This document shows positions 22,783 through 35,399 of a stretch of 64,000 nt of DNA, piece by piece. Every line of letters begins with the position of its first letter. Position 1 is the first letter of the stretch. The notes below the pieces were generated by a model, which was not told the origin of the DNA, ran no database searches, and worked only from the letters and a program-made list of their open reading frames with translations. A program made the translations under genes and the position numbers. This DNA is from Felis catus (taxonomy: Eukaryota). The stretch is taken from assembly GCF_018350175.1 (NCBI RefSeq), contig NC_058382.1, forward strand, positions 51,896,001 to 51,960,000, written 5' to 3'.

Positions 22783-24974
22783 GTGAGTCAAACGCAGAGG
22801 GATCCGTTCAGTTCAGCACGACAGGGTCTATCAGATGCAGGCACAGGTGGGGGAGAGGGAAATACAGGCGGCTCTCTGGCTCGCGGAGGAGACCTGTGTA
22901 ATCAAACAACCGTGCAAATGGACAATTAGTCACACCGCTGGGATGCGTGCTGAGAAGGAAAGGAAATGCTTCAGTGCGAGCATTTCAAGAGCAATCTAAG
23001 GGCAGTCAGGAAAGATAGGGATAACCTGCCTATCACAGGTGCTGCCTCTTGGTTGCCACAGGTGAGAGGAATTCCTGGTAAAATCTAATAGAGTCACGCA
23101 CATTCTCAACAGAAGGATGCCACCTGCCTCCGAGATGCCTCCTGAGGGTACCCTTACGTCCAGGGATCCCTCCAGGAGTGAAGCGTGTCAAAGTCACTCC
23201 CCAACCTGCTTGCTGGGGCCACCGGTGGTGGGAGGGGGCGATGTAGTGTGCGGTCGACACACAGAGCGCCGTCAGACTGCGTGGATTCAGAGCCTGGCTC
23301 TCCTCTCCTGTGTGTGACCCTGGGCGATTATCCCGCCTGTCTATCTTCAGTAGCCCTGTCTGCAAACGAAGTTCTCACAAGTCAATTAGAGTGATACACA
23401 TAAGGCATTGTCCCATGCATACTAAGTTCTGGGAAAGGATTAACAGCGAAAATACTTGGGGTTTTTTGTTTCTTCGCTTTCTCACCCGTTGAGTCTTGAA
23501 CCTGCATCGGGCATTTATAAAAGAAAAAAGAGCTAAAATCTTTGCATGTTTTAGTGTGTATTTTTTTTTTTTAAGTGTACCTTGGCTTTTGTAACCATAA
23601 AGTAGTTCGGGAAGGATGGTCATTTCACTCAATGAAGGGTGATTTCATGAGAGGGCATTTCACAAAGTGCAAATGACCACCAAGTATAGGGACATCGTAT
23701 GTTAAGTGCTTATGAAGTTCTAGGAGTGTGACAGCAAGTATCTGAAGGCAGATGAGGGGTTGAGGCTAGGGAGGAGGCGAGGGCTGGGCTCTCGGGTCTT
23801 CTGTGCACTTCTGTTGTTCTTAAGACACATGACCGGGTCTGTTTTACCCCATCAGTAGAGGGGATCTAGAGCCAACCTGGACAGTTTGTTTTAAGCAAGA
23901 TAGTTGACATCAGCTTCCTGCCTGTGACTGTTACACAGGAGGTCCTGCTGGGCCCTTGGACTTTGGGAAGGCCTGTTTGACCACAGGGGATTCTCACCAG
24001 TTGGGCTGAAAAGCCCAACTTTGAGGGTGAGACCTCAGGACCCGCCCTGGTGCTGGTTCCTGAATCTCACTCAGGAGGGCTTCTACCTTAGGACCGGAAG
24101 AAACAAAGAGATGTGGTGAGTGGCCAACTCAGATCTGTGGTGTTTGGAAGGCCTCTGCGGGGAGAAGGCCACGGCCTGCCTGGATAGAGACGAGACCTGA
24201 AGGAGGAGGAGCGTGTAGTCAGGCTAAATAAACAGAGGGCATCGTGAGAGCCAAGATGGGTCCGGCGAATCTTTTCTACGGCAAGCGCCTAACGAAAGGA
24301 AATGGCACGGGGTCAAGGCCCCTCGGGAACGCATCATTTCCCACTGGGCAGCTGTTGGGGGTGGGGGCAGTGCGGGGCCTATAGAGGGGCCTTCTTCTAT
24401 TAGAAGGGCCACTTTCAGAGCTCAGGCCAAGCCAAGGGCCCCGAATCTGCCTCGCTGAGTACACTGCACGGTACTCCCCCTCCTCCAGGAACTATCGGGG
24501 CCACGAGGGGCTCGGGCAGCGCTCTGGAAGTGCCTTTGCCAGGAGTGCCTATGGAGTGCCTACCAAGGGTGAAGGCTCTCCTGCGTGGGGCCTTCCCTCA
24601 ATGAGGCTGAGCCAGGGCGGAGCTGAGCTCACCTGAGGACGGGTCCCAGGGTCACAGCAGAGACCGGGCTGCTTCCTCCAGACCCCATGGCGTCGGGGCA
24701 CAGCTCTGGCCCCGGCCTGACTGGCACCCCTGAGAACAGTGGCAGCCTTCTCTGAAGCCTGCCGACCTCTGCCGCCCCGCCACTGCCCCGGGCACGTCAC
24801 CTCTGGGTGTCCCTGCGCGCTGCGGGAAAACAGAGCCTGCCCACCTTGCACAGGGGGCAGTAGTTACTGTTTCTGCTGCTTCTTGTTGAGAAGATGGAAA
24901 GGGGTAATGTGCCTGAGTCCCCTGGCACACTGGTGAATGTGGGGTACATACTAAGAAGGCAGAGCTCTCGTGAT

Positions 24975-24998
24975 TATTTTTGTCGATGTTTATTTGTT

Positions 24999-25042
<44 letters not shown>

Positions 25043-25134
25043 CGAGCCCGACGCGGGGCTCGAACTCACGAACCGCGAGATCATGACGGGAGATGAAGCC
25101 GGATGCTTAACCGACGGAGCCACCCAGGCGCCCC
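24975..25134 (-). mobile_element. Internally deleted SINEC_Fc in the last VAT1L intron
   Basis: Head joined directly to the (GA)n tail; TSD cagagctctc(gt/ac)gattatt. Confidence 0.88.
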
Positions 25135-25360
25135 CAGAGCTCTCACGATTATTCGCTCGCTATTCTCAGAGTTCGTACTCTACGCTCCTGCGTGACAGGT
25201 CCTGTGCTAGTTGCAGAGGGTGACACAGGAAGACAAGAGGAGACCTGGTCATCTTCCACGGTGTCTGCGCTTCCCGTGGCGGGGCAGGTGGACGGCCGTC
25301 AAGAGGCCATCCGTCCAGATGGGACACTGCTGATCTGTGCTACAAAGAAGAGCCGGTCAT

Positions 25361-25390
25361 GGGGGGGGGGGGGGGGGGGGGCGGGGCGGG
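25361..25390 (+). repeat. Poly-G run (G21 followed by CGGGGCGGG)
   Basis: Directly visible. Confidence 0.9.
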
Positions 25391-26049
25391 ACCATTCCAG
25401 TTAGGGTATTCTGGGAAGGCATCCTTGAGAAAGCGGGCTGAGCGCTGAAAGCAAAGTAGGCACCAGTTAGGGGAGGGAGTGGCGGGCTGGCATTGCAGGA
25501 AGAAGACACTGCCTGTGGCCAGGAGGGCAAATCCAGCTCCAGGACAGGCAACGCGGGGAGGCCCGAGGACCGTGGGCCCAATTCCTGTTTGAAAGAATGA
25601 GTGGTGGGCATAGGCAAAGACTCGGGTTTAGGAGATCTGGGCTTCAGGGCAAAGGACGTCGACTGGGGCTTAGGAGTGGAAATCTGAGGCCCAGTTCGCT
25701 AAGGGGGCTGCTGATGGACAGGACTAGGATGTCTTGAGCATCCGTCATGCGCTCGGCCCGTTGCTGGACGCTTCAAGTACATCATGTTACTTTGTTTCAC
25801 TTGGTCCTCATGATAGCGTTGTAAGGCAGGTGGGTTTATTCCCGTTGTAACCATCCACAAGAGGGAGGCTCAGAGAGGGATAATAACCACGCCAGGGACT
25901 GGTGAAGATGGCTAGCTAGCTAGAACCAAAGTCCACATTCGTGGACACGGTGTTCTGTGTAGACAATAAAGGACACGAATGCACCTTTGTTAGTATGGTT
26001 GTTCTGGCTTCTTAGGGAGTGACAGCACCAGGATTTCAACCCCGGCCAG

Positions 26050-26478
26050 TCCGTGCAGTGGACGCTCTCAGTGCCTAAGGGCGTCCCCCAGCACCTGGCC
26101 CCTCTGACTGAGAGCCTCCAGCCCCAGCAGCATGTGTGGCCAGCACGTACAGAACTGGCCAGAGAGGCCAGGGAGATACCCACCTTGGCCATTCCTTGGC
26201 TTCCTCCCCCCCCCCCATATGTGGGACACCTGTGAGGGGCATGCCCCTCACTGTCTCCCAGTGGTCCCCAAGAGGACTGAGCCCCAGTTGCCCACATCAG
26301 GAGCCTACTTATTAGGCTCCCTTGCCTTTTCTGTCTCGTCTCCTTCCTCCCTACCAGCGCTTCCTTGGAATCATCTCCCAAATTCCCAATCCTTGCACTC
26401 AGATCCTTACGTCACGGCCCCCACCCTAAAACAGCCGGCACCACACTGCCCTCCTGGGGAAGGAAAGGACCCTAACTC
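26050..26478. mobile_element. LTR16/LTR33-like ERVL LTR remnant ending ~100 bp before the last VAT1L exon
   Basis: 'gagccccagttgcccaca..gcttccttggaatcatctcccaaat..ttgcactcagatcctta'. Confidence 0.5.
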
Positions 26479-26577
26479 TTAGCCCTCGAAGGAGGCCTTC
26501 CCAAGGGGCTTCCTCAGATGCTCCAGGAAGGGAGGAGACATCGCAGACCTTCTAAAACGCCCTGTGTTGAATTGCAG

Positions 26578-26676
26578 ATGGCCAACGACAGCACAGAGAC
26601 CAGCGAGGCGGGGGAAGAGGAGGAGGACCACGAGGGCGACAGCGAGAACAAGGAGCGGATGCCCTTCATCCAGTAA
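26578..26676 (+). CDS. VAT1L: VAT1L terminal exon, coding part: MANDSTETSEAGEEEEDHEGDSENKERMPFIQ*
   Basis: ttgcag|ATG acceptor at 26576-26577, in frame with the phase-0 upstream exon, TAA at 26674-26676. The acidic tail ending RMPFIQ is recognised as the VAT1L C-terminus. This frame is absent from the ORF track. Confidence 0.96.
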   Translation: MANDSTETSEAGEEEEDHEGDSENKERMPFIQ

Positions 26677-29190
26677 CCCAGGACCCTGGCAGGAGAACAC
26701 GGAGGATGATTTGGAACAAGAGGAGCCGGTGGAGAAAGTTCTTCTGTGCCCCAGTGAACAAATGCTGTAGCCCACTGTGTGTTGTGTTTGTCTGCAGTCA
26801 GCTGAGCTAAAAAGCTGTTGATCACTGTTGTTTTTGAAATTAAGTGCCAATCCCATCCCACGCAGTATTAAGTCCCTCCCCCACCTGTGTGTTACTCTCT
26901 CCCCTCTCCCCTCCTTCACAACCGTCCATCTTTGGGTCCTTCTTGACAGTTCTTAGAACAGCCTTGCAACTTAATACAAGCCCTCAGGCCCAGTGCCTAC
27001 AAGACCAGACGTGGGCAAAGACAAGTTTCGACTGAAGGGTGTTATCTTAAGAGCAGTGTCCAGATCCTGGGAAGCTTCAGGCCAGTGACACTTTTTGCCT
27101 CCAGCCACCCATGATTCTGACAAGAGCGCTTGCCAATGTGGCTGGCAGAAAGAGGGTAGGCCGGGAGGTGTTTTTATGAGCCCATACATTTAGGATCTCT
27201 CCAAACAATCCTTTCCCTCTCCCCGTTCAAGAGGCAACTCCCTTACATGCATTGAGTTGTTTAATGGTCCAGAGGTTGAACCACTCTCCTCTCAGCCTCT
27301 GATGCTTGATCCCTTCACTGGTTCTTAACCATCAACACAGGAAAACAGACGTGGAGTTTTCAGGATAGAGGATGGGTCAACAGCATGAGTTTGAGGACCA
27401 GCCACAGAGACTTCTCCTCTGAAACCATGTCTCATGAGCAAAATCCTCCCCTCCCCCACCATGTACATTTTATTTCAATTGTAAGAAAACTCACCATGTG
27501 TGGGACTATTTCAGAGGTCATTACCGAGATTTGCCTACATTTGCACACCTGCCACGGGCATTACCGATTTTGCTATTTCCATTTCCTGGTAGTGAGCAGC
27601 TACCTTTACCAAGGATCCCCCGGGGAAGACCTCCCTTGTAGACCATATTTGGGGAAAAAGAAAATCAGTGAGTGTCTCTTTTCTTGCCAAAGCATGTTCC
27701 GACATGTAACAAACTCTAGCGATACAAACGGTTGACGTTCAGTATCTGATGCCAAAAGTGCAGTTCCTCTCCTCTGAAATATAAAATTACGGTGCAGACT
27801 CTTTGTAGGGCCCCTGCTTTTTGGTAATCGGGGACCAAACTACTTGATTGCACACCCTTGTCCGATTTTCCAGCTCCTAAACTCCTAGGAAACCCCACAC
27901 CCAGCCCCACCACACTTGACATGCCTTGAGGCGAACCTTTCCCCTGACGGATGAGGAAGAGTCTCAGTGTCTCCACCAGGGGGCCCCTCAGTCACTGCTC
28001 CTACTCCTTCTGGCTCAAAGGGTGACTCCTTCATTCACAAACCAAGCTGGAGACACATGGAGCCCACACGATTAGCAACCCCCCCCCCCAAGTCACTTTG
28101 CTTTCTGGAAGACCTTGGAGGGCTCCCACCTTGCCCCACCTCTCCACCAGTGAGCCTTAGGGTCGACCCAACTCTTTCCCCAAGTGATGGGAATGAATGC
28201 ATTCCAGCAATTACCTTTTCATTTCCAAAGTCCTTTTGTAACAAATGTCACCTCATTAATCACATTCTTGTTTTTTCCTACCCCAAGCTTGTGATGATGA
28301 CTTATTTATGCCAAATATTTATCTGAAGGGAGTTTCTCCTCGTTGTGAATGTACTTGTAAAATATGAAGGCAAAAAAGGGTGCCGCCATCTGATGAGCAG
28401 GGAGGTGACAGTATCTCAGAAGACACTGACATCTTCTGTTTATACCCCATGACTCACCGGCGTTTCATTTCTGGGCCACATAGAAAGATAATGTGGAGGT
28501 TTATCTCCCCACCCCCAAAACTTTCGCTAAATGCTGTATTATTGGTCATGTTTCTCCCATAACCAAGCTGACAATGAGGTTTTAAGGAGAACCACCCAAG
28601 TGACATTCCTGGTGAGCTGGACAGAAATGGCATTTTCTAGGGCTGGGGTAACAAAGAGCCACCGGCCACATCAGGGCGGTCCTCTGCGAGGGGGGCGAGA
28701 ACTCTCTTCGCAGAATCCCACCACCGGCCTTTGTTCTGTCCAGAGGAGAGGCATTTAAAAAAAAAATCATGCTTCCCCAAATCTGTTTTTCAACTAGCAA
28801 GATTAATACAGTCAAATTATGGCCGTTGGTTAAAGAAGAAACCCTTTTGGCTCCTCGGAATACAGAGTGAGAAAGGAAAACTAGAGTCTCACTATCAAGG
28901 TCAGGTTGTGCCCTGAAGAACAGGATAAATACCAAAATTAACCCTTTAATGCACCCTCGTTTTTTAAGCACCTTCTTCCTGTCACGTGATTGGTTTTCTG
29001 AAGGAAATGTAAAGAAAGTCTCAGTTTGCCTTAAAGGAACTGTGAAGGCTTCTCTGTCATCTAAACTTGATTGGAGTGAACTGAAACATTGTCTAATGTA
29101 TTTGTGGCTTTAGAGCTTTTGTTACATTGTGCCTACAAAGCAAATTATGTTTACATAAAATATATAATAAAGTATTCAGCATAGCATAAC
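26677..29190 (+). other. VAT1L: VAT1L 3' UTR (~2.5 kb; end approximate)
   Basis: SINE-free stretch from the stop codon to an AU-rich end with UGUA (29097) and AATAAA (29166). Confidence 0.75.
29166..29171 (+). terminator. VAT1L: Polyadenylation signal AATAAA of VAT1L
   Basis: Canonical hexamer preceded by a U-rich/UGUA upstream element. ATTAAA variants follow at ~29245 and ~29286. Confidence 0.75.
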
Positions 29191-29544
29191 CTAGCCTGGC
29201 GTCAGTGACCCCACATCCATGGCTGTTGGGAAAACATCGCCACGATTAAAATGTAAGGAGTGGGTGACCAAAAAAGAAAAAGAAATTAAAAATATGTGAT
29301 AGAAGAATCTTCAAATGAGAAACTAAAGACTGTATAGAGAAAACAGGAGTCAAAATAAGACGAGCTAAAGGCTTTTTTTTAAAGAAAAAACATTCAAGTT
29401 CCCTCAAGCAACAAAGTAAAACCACTAAAGAAAAGAACTGTCCAGGACATCATATAATAATAATGGCAATAATTATAATGGCATTTATAAGGCACCTTCT
29501 ATATGCTGTTAAGAAAGCTGTATAGATAAAAATCATAATTAAAT

Positions 29545-29756
29545 TTTTTTTTCAACATTTATTTATTTTTTTGGGGCAGAGAGAGACAGAGCATGAATGG
29601 GGGAGGGGCAGAGAGAGAGGGAGACACAGAATCGGAAACAGGCTCCAGGCTTCGAGCCATCAGCCCAGAGCCTGACGCGGGGCTCGAACTCACGGACCGC
29701 GAGATCGTGACCTGGCTGAAGTCGGAGGCTTAACCGACTGCGCCACCCAGGCGCCC
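29545..29756 (-). mobile_element. Young SINEC_Fc
   Basis: Perfect 17-bp TSD aaaaatcataattaaat (29528/29757). Confidence 0.94.
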
Positions 29757-30149
29757 AAAAATCATAATTAAATAACATATATAATAACTCCCAAGGGCCC
29801 GGAGAGGTAGGGTTTATCATTACACCCATTCCATAGGTGACAAAAGTGAAGATTAAGATTTTGCACTTGCCCAAGATCACACAGCTAGTAAGTTGTGGGG
29901 CCAGGATTTCAATCCAAGCTAGAATCCAAACACCGTATCATGCTTCTTGGCTTAAATAAGGGTGAGATAGGATGCATTTCAAATTACCAGCCTTTGTTCC
30001 CCAGAAACTCTTCAGGTATTCTGTTTCCTCTGATTTCAAGAACATGCTTGTAAATTTGTTTTGCTTTGCAGCAAATACTATGCATATCAAGAAGCATTTT
30101 TTTTTTCTGGTCCTCCAATGAAATATGCAGTGAATTAGTGATTTTTTTT

Positions 30150-30364
30150 TTAGAAACAGTAATGTTTTTACTCGTTTTTTGAGACAGACAGAGACAGAGA
30201 CAAAGTGCAAGCAGGGGAGGGGCAGGGAGAGAGGGAGACACAGAATCCAAAACAGGCTCCAGGCACTGAGCTGTCAGCACAGAGCCTGATGTGGGGCTCA
30301 AACTCACGAACCATGAGATCGTGACCTGAGCTGAAGTCGGATGCTCAACCGACTGAACCACCCC
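30150..30364 (-). mobile_element. SINEC_Fc
   Basis: Typical reverse body; head slightly truncated. Confidence 0.9.
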
Positions 30365-31229
30365 TCAAGTACTGATTTTAAAACTCACACATCTCAACCA
30401 CTTTCATTTTCATGATCCAATATCCTCAAGGTTACCAAAGAGATACACAAATTAAATCCCCAAGGCTAAGATTTCATGAAAGAGGAATTCATGATTAGGG
30501 AGGCTTTAGTATGTTTAAGGTGTTCTCAGCAGGAAGCCAAAAAAACAGAGCCAAGCTCCATGTCAATAAAATGCCACATACCTAAACCTGAATTTACAAA
30601 GTAGAAAGTTACTCGCCTTGTCAGTAAAATTCTCTCAAAGTGCCTCCATGAAGAATTTTCTCATATATTCCTACTTAGTGTTCATGTACTCCGTATAAAT
30701 CTCGTGGTCTCACTTAGCCAGTGTTGGTGCACTGTTACATTTAAACAGTTCCAGCAACAAAAACTGGAATCCACATCTTCACTTACAACTCTGAGAACGG
30801 GGAAGAGGTCAAGCGGCCGGAAACAAAATTCCTTTCAGCGTCGTGAACGAGGTTTGGGTGGTAATGGAGGTAAACCTTTCAAAAGCTGTTTGGGGGCGTG
30901 GGGAAATGTGTGTAGAAGCAAAGAGGTAAGGACTTTTGAGGGCACATTGAGGAGTAGAGAGAAGAATGTACCTGAAATGCACACATGGGGATGGAGTGGA
31001 GCAGGAGAATGGCATGATGGGAAGTCAGTACCAGGTTTGGAGGTCTTGGATGCCGCTCGATAATCTTGGATTTCTGTGGAAAGGAACGAGGATGTGTGGT
31101 GGTGTGGCATGAAAGTTGGGGCACGGAGGTGATTACCAAGAGTAAAGGCAGGGTTCAGCGGGAAGAGGGATATGAGATGGGTCAAAGTGTGGGTCTCAGT
31201 TAGACATCAAGTACCTCGATTGCCGCTGC

Positions 31230-31620
31230 CCTGGTTCGGGTCCTCCAGAATCAGACGATGAAACAAGGATCCCAAGAAGGACAGCTTGGGGGAGGAGAGG
31301 GGAGGGGAATATAAAACAGGAAAGGGAAGAAGCCAGTTCAGGGTATGTTGATGAGCAGGTTACCGCTGTGGGAGAGGTGGACAGGTCCCCCAGTTGTCCC
31401 ATTTGAAAAGTGAGCAAGTTGTCACATTTCTCCATCAGTTTCCACGCATCACTGTAGAGGGCTATTTCCACCCGCGTGTTGATTCCCCGACGCTCTTGCC
31501 CTTGCCCTTGTGTGAGCCACCCACGTGGCTGTGGCCAGACAATGCTGTCAGATGGACAGCCACAGGAAGCCATTAGGATACATGGAAGCAGCGACGGGCT
31601 ATGGACCAGGGAAGTTCCCA
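31230..31620. mobile_element. LTR16/LTR33-like ERVL LTR remnant
   Basis: 'gggtcctccagaatcagac..aacaaggat..gggaagaagcca..gagcaggttaccgctgtggg'. Confidence 0.5.
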
Positions 31621-32068
31621 CAGCTCCTGCTGGAGCTCTTCCAGAGAATTTGCTCTTCTGAAGTCAGAGGGGGAAGTTTTTGAGGTTTTCCATCAACCAT
31701 ATTCCAGGCTTACTAACTATTCCCCCATTCCGGCTGTCCCGTTAGCTCACAGCATCCCTTCTGTTTTGTTTTGTGTGTTGTTAATTGGTCTTTTGACTTG
31801 AAGAGTATGGCTTCTACTGGGAGGAGACGGCCAAAATGCTCCCCTTTCCCCAACCTCCACTGTGATGAGTTAGCTCATTGGGGTCTTTCGGCCAAATTTC
31901 AGGTCCCATCGCTGGGACCAGAAGACCTGGGGCTCCACGTTAAACGAAGACACACGTTTGTTCAACAGGTTTTTAGTGAACGCTTACTGGGTGCACGAGC
32001 CTGTCCCGGTCCTAGTAATAGAAAGAAAATAAGACACAGACCTTTCCTCAAGAAATTCACAGTCTGAA

Positions 32069-32375
32069 ACTGTGCTATCTAGGAAAAATATGAAGATGAG
32101 CCCCATACAAGGTTACATTTTCTAACAGTCACAGTAAAAACGTAAAAAAAATATATAATTTTAATATTTCATGTGACCCCCAATACAGAATGTTGCCATT
32201 TCAACATACCGTCAGCATAAAGACTATTAACGAGACTTTTTATGTTCCACTTTTCGTACTAAGGCTTCAAAGTCTGGTGTGTATTCTAATGCAGCACATC
32301 TCAGTGTGGACTGGACACGCTGCAAAGGTTCGGGAGCACCTGTGTCTAGCAACTTCCATTTTGGACAGGCGGGTC
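32069..32375. mobile_element. MER33-like element
   Basis: 'catttcaacat..tactaaggcttcaaagtctggtgtgtatt..cagcacatctca..ttggacag'. Confidence 0.65.
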
Positions 32376-32783
32376 TAGAGAATGAGTAGAAATGGACACC
32401 GGTATATGCCACACAGCTTCAGAGAGGCCACGTTAGGGGCCAAGTGGGAGCACAAAGTAGAGAGGGGTCAACTCTGTGACAGAAGAGGACGTCAAGGAAA
32501 GGGTACCCCCAGAAAGTGATGCTTGAGTGAAGTATTTAAGACGAATGGGTGTTGTTTAGGAGAATAATGCACGCGACGCACACAGCGTAGTGCCTGGCAC
32601 AGAGTAAGCACGATCAACCTTGGCTTCTTTTCCTTACTCCCATTTGCTAACGCAGGGAAGAATGGGATGTTTGGGAAAGACTCAATAGCTTCCTTTGTTT
32701 CGTTTCGTTTTGTTTTTTAACACTAGAGAATATGTAGATCTCAATATTTCACTTCCAGATGTATTTGTGGGGAAAGAAATTCA

Positions 32784-33162
32784 GTCACGGGTTGAATGTG
32801 GGTGTCACTCCAAATTTCATGTGGTAACTCTCCCTCTCTCCCGTGTAATGGTATTGGGAGGTGGGATTTCAGGAGGTAATCAGGATTAGGTGAGGTCACA
32901 AGGGTGGAGCCCTCATGAATGAGGTTACTGCCCCAATGAGAGTCCCAAGAGCGTTGCTCTCTCTTTCTCTCTCCCTTGTGTGTGGATATAAAGATACTGG
33001 CAGTCTGCAACCAGAAAAAGGCTCTCCCAGGACCTTGAACACGCTAGCACACTGATTCTGACTTCAGACTTCCAGCCTCCAGACTGTACAAAACACAGTT
33101 CTGTTGTTTAGAAGCCTCCCAGTCCAAGATACTTGGTTATAGCAGCCTGGATTGTCGAAGAC
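32784..33162 (+). mobile_element. MLT1A-like solo LTR
   Basis: 'gggttgaatgt..ggtattgggaggtggg..ggtaatcaggattaggtgaggtca..gggtggagccctcatga..gacttccagcctccaga..ttatagcagcc'. Confidence 0.8.
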
Positions 33163-33779
33163 ATAAGTGTTTTTGCATTCTCTGCCTTGAGCAGAATGAG
33201 CAGAGCTCCTATAACCAGCCAAGCAAAGATGCTGGTAAAGACGTCCCCTGAGTTATTCAAATTGGTACCTAAACAGCAACTGACTCAGGAAGAGCCGAAG
33301 CCTCAACACATCACAAGCATATGCACCCGCATGTCAGTGATTAAGAGCATAAGCCTTGGAGTCTTGCAAATCAGGGATCAAATCTGGGCAAACGGCTTGG
33401 CATTTGAGCTTCCCCCTACTAAAATGGGGATAATCATATTGTCTATGGCCCAGAATTGTTACGAAGATCAAATTTAACCATGTATGTGTAACCAGATTGA
33501 AACCACGACCCACAAGTTCCAGTCTGGAAGCCAGATGGTAAATGCTTTCAAACAAGGTTTTTTGTTCATTCAACAGACATTAATCAGATACCTAGCATGT
33601 TCCCAACACACTATTTTTAGTGTCTTAGGAAAAATAAGAAATACATAGCCTCTGCCATCCAAGAGCTTACAATTTAATGATGCGATAACAAACAAATTAT
33701 ATCTCTTATGCAAATGGCAGTTGATTTGTAAAGCCTGCCTTGGCACTGAGAGATTATGTGGGCAGTGGTAAAGAGTGCT

Positions 33780-33832
33780 TTTTTTTTTAATTTTAGAGAG
33801 AGAGTGTGTGCTTGTGTGCAAGCAGGGGAGGG

Positions 33833-33874
<42 letters not shown>

Positions 33875-33997
33875 CTTAAGCAGGCTCCATACTCAGCATG
33901 GAGTGCAATGTTGGACTCAATCTCATGACCCTGGGATCATGATCTGACCTGAAATCAAGAGCTGGATGCTCGACCAACGGAGTCACCCAGGCGCCCC
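33780..33997 (-). mobile_element. SINEC
   Basis: (GA)n and reverse head ccaggcgcccc. Confidence 0.9.
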
Positions 33998-34922
33998 AAA
34001 AGTGCCATTATTGATGAATAATGTCCATCAGGAGCAGGTAAGGAGAGCTTTCCAGAACAAGTAACTAACTACCTTCGGGCACATCCGTGGGGAAGCACAG
34101 GGTAGGTTCACAGAATGGTCCATTTCCCTATTGCATGCACCGAGAGAGAGACAAAAGATTAACAAGACTGGATTATGGAAATCCACAAATGTCCCTTCAA
34201 GGGTTCTGCATTTTGTACTAAAAGCACAGGGCTTAATAGGGATTGTTGGAGAATGTTCTCATGTAAGAGAGGACCATGGAATATCTTGCCCAAATAAACT
34301 TCACCATTATACTTGGTCCAGTTCTGGAGGCAGAACAGGTTGGGACGGGGGCATATTGATACAGTAGTTCTCTGGTTTGTCCGCCAGGGGCGATCCATAG
34401 TCTGTTTGATCATGAATGAAGGTAGCTACTAATCTGGCATGAGTGGGAAAGCAAGAACACATCTTTCTTCCAGGAGTGGGAAGACCAAGAGGGGCTGGGG
34501 ATGCAGGCTTTTCCTGAGGACTGCGGGACACTTGTCCATGGGAGGTCCCCAGACAGGAAATCACCACCCATCAGAGCCCGGAGTCAGAGCTAAGGTAGGA
34601 CCCACAAGGCAGGCTCACAAACACGGGCATAAAAAACGGGAATCATTTTCATAAAACCGTCCCAGCTTAGCGTTCAGAGATCTCCATAGAGTGAAATCAA
34701 ATCAAGGCAAACCACCAAAACAAAACTAACATTTACCGAGGATTTGCTGTTTGCTGGGCATTTTACACACACCCTCATTGAATCAAAATGGTTCCTTGGA
34801 AAGGAGGCATCAGTCCTGCTTTCAGATAGGGACCATACATTCCAGAGAGGTTAGGTGGCCTCCCCGCGTTTAATCGGCTGGGAAAGATGGGGGGCCAGCA
34901 GGTGCGCCTTCACGTCCTCCAG

Positions 34923-35017
34923 GCAAGGCGATCATTCCCCCCCCCCCACCCCGGGCAAGGCGATCATTTCCCCCCCCCCCCCCGCAAGGCGATCGTTCCC
35001 CACCCCCCCCCACCCCC
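34923..35017. repeat. Three-copy C-rich minisatellite (GCAAGGCGATCRTT + C tract)
   Basis: Directly visible; unit ~30 bp. Confidence 0.85.
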
Positions 35018-35399
35018 GACTCCCAACAAGGAAGAGGCCCTTCCCCTCCACTAGCTCGGCTGGGATTCAAGGTCCTCTCAGGAAGGCTCTGATTCAGCCA
35101 GCTTGGGTCACATGTCCATCCTAAACCAACCACGGAAATGGCCGAGGGATGGCCATCCTGATTGGCCAGCCCGGATCATGTGCCCACCCCCAAGCCGGCT
35201 CATGGTGGGAGTGGCAACCTGATCGACAGCTCTACCAGAAGCAAGTCAAGCGACGGAGGGATAGATCCCCACAGGGAGGGAAGCCGGGCGGTTAAAACGG
35301 TGTCCACCACGGCTACGGAATATGGAGTACCGGGGCACCAGATACTGTTTTAGGTCCCCGTGGCAGTCACCACTGATGCCCCAGGACATATCGTCTTGG

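Noticed and set aside
22812..22825. REST/NRSE-like TTCAGCAC-GACAG after the exon
   Set aside because: Half-sites are incomplete and lack canonical spacing.
22540..22929. 129-aa ORF as a standalone gene
   Set aside because: Only 28 codons between canonical splice sites are VAT1L-like; the rest is intron read-through.
11150..25134. Exonisation of antisense SINEs in VAT1L introns
   Set aside because: Poly-T plus AG acceptors exist in every antisense copy; nothing in the sequence singles one out.
26564..26770. 68-aa basic ORF over the last VAT1L exon (and antisense ORFs 26479-26919)
   Set aside because: Alternative frames of the true acidic exon; no independent support.
34378..34396. CTCF-like CCGCCAGGGGCGA
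   Set aside because: One G short in the core, which breaks register.
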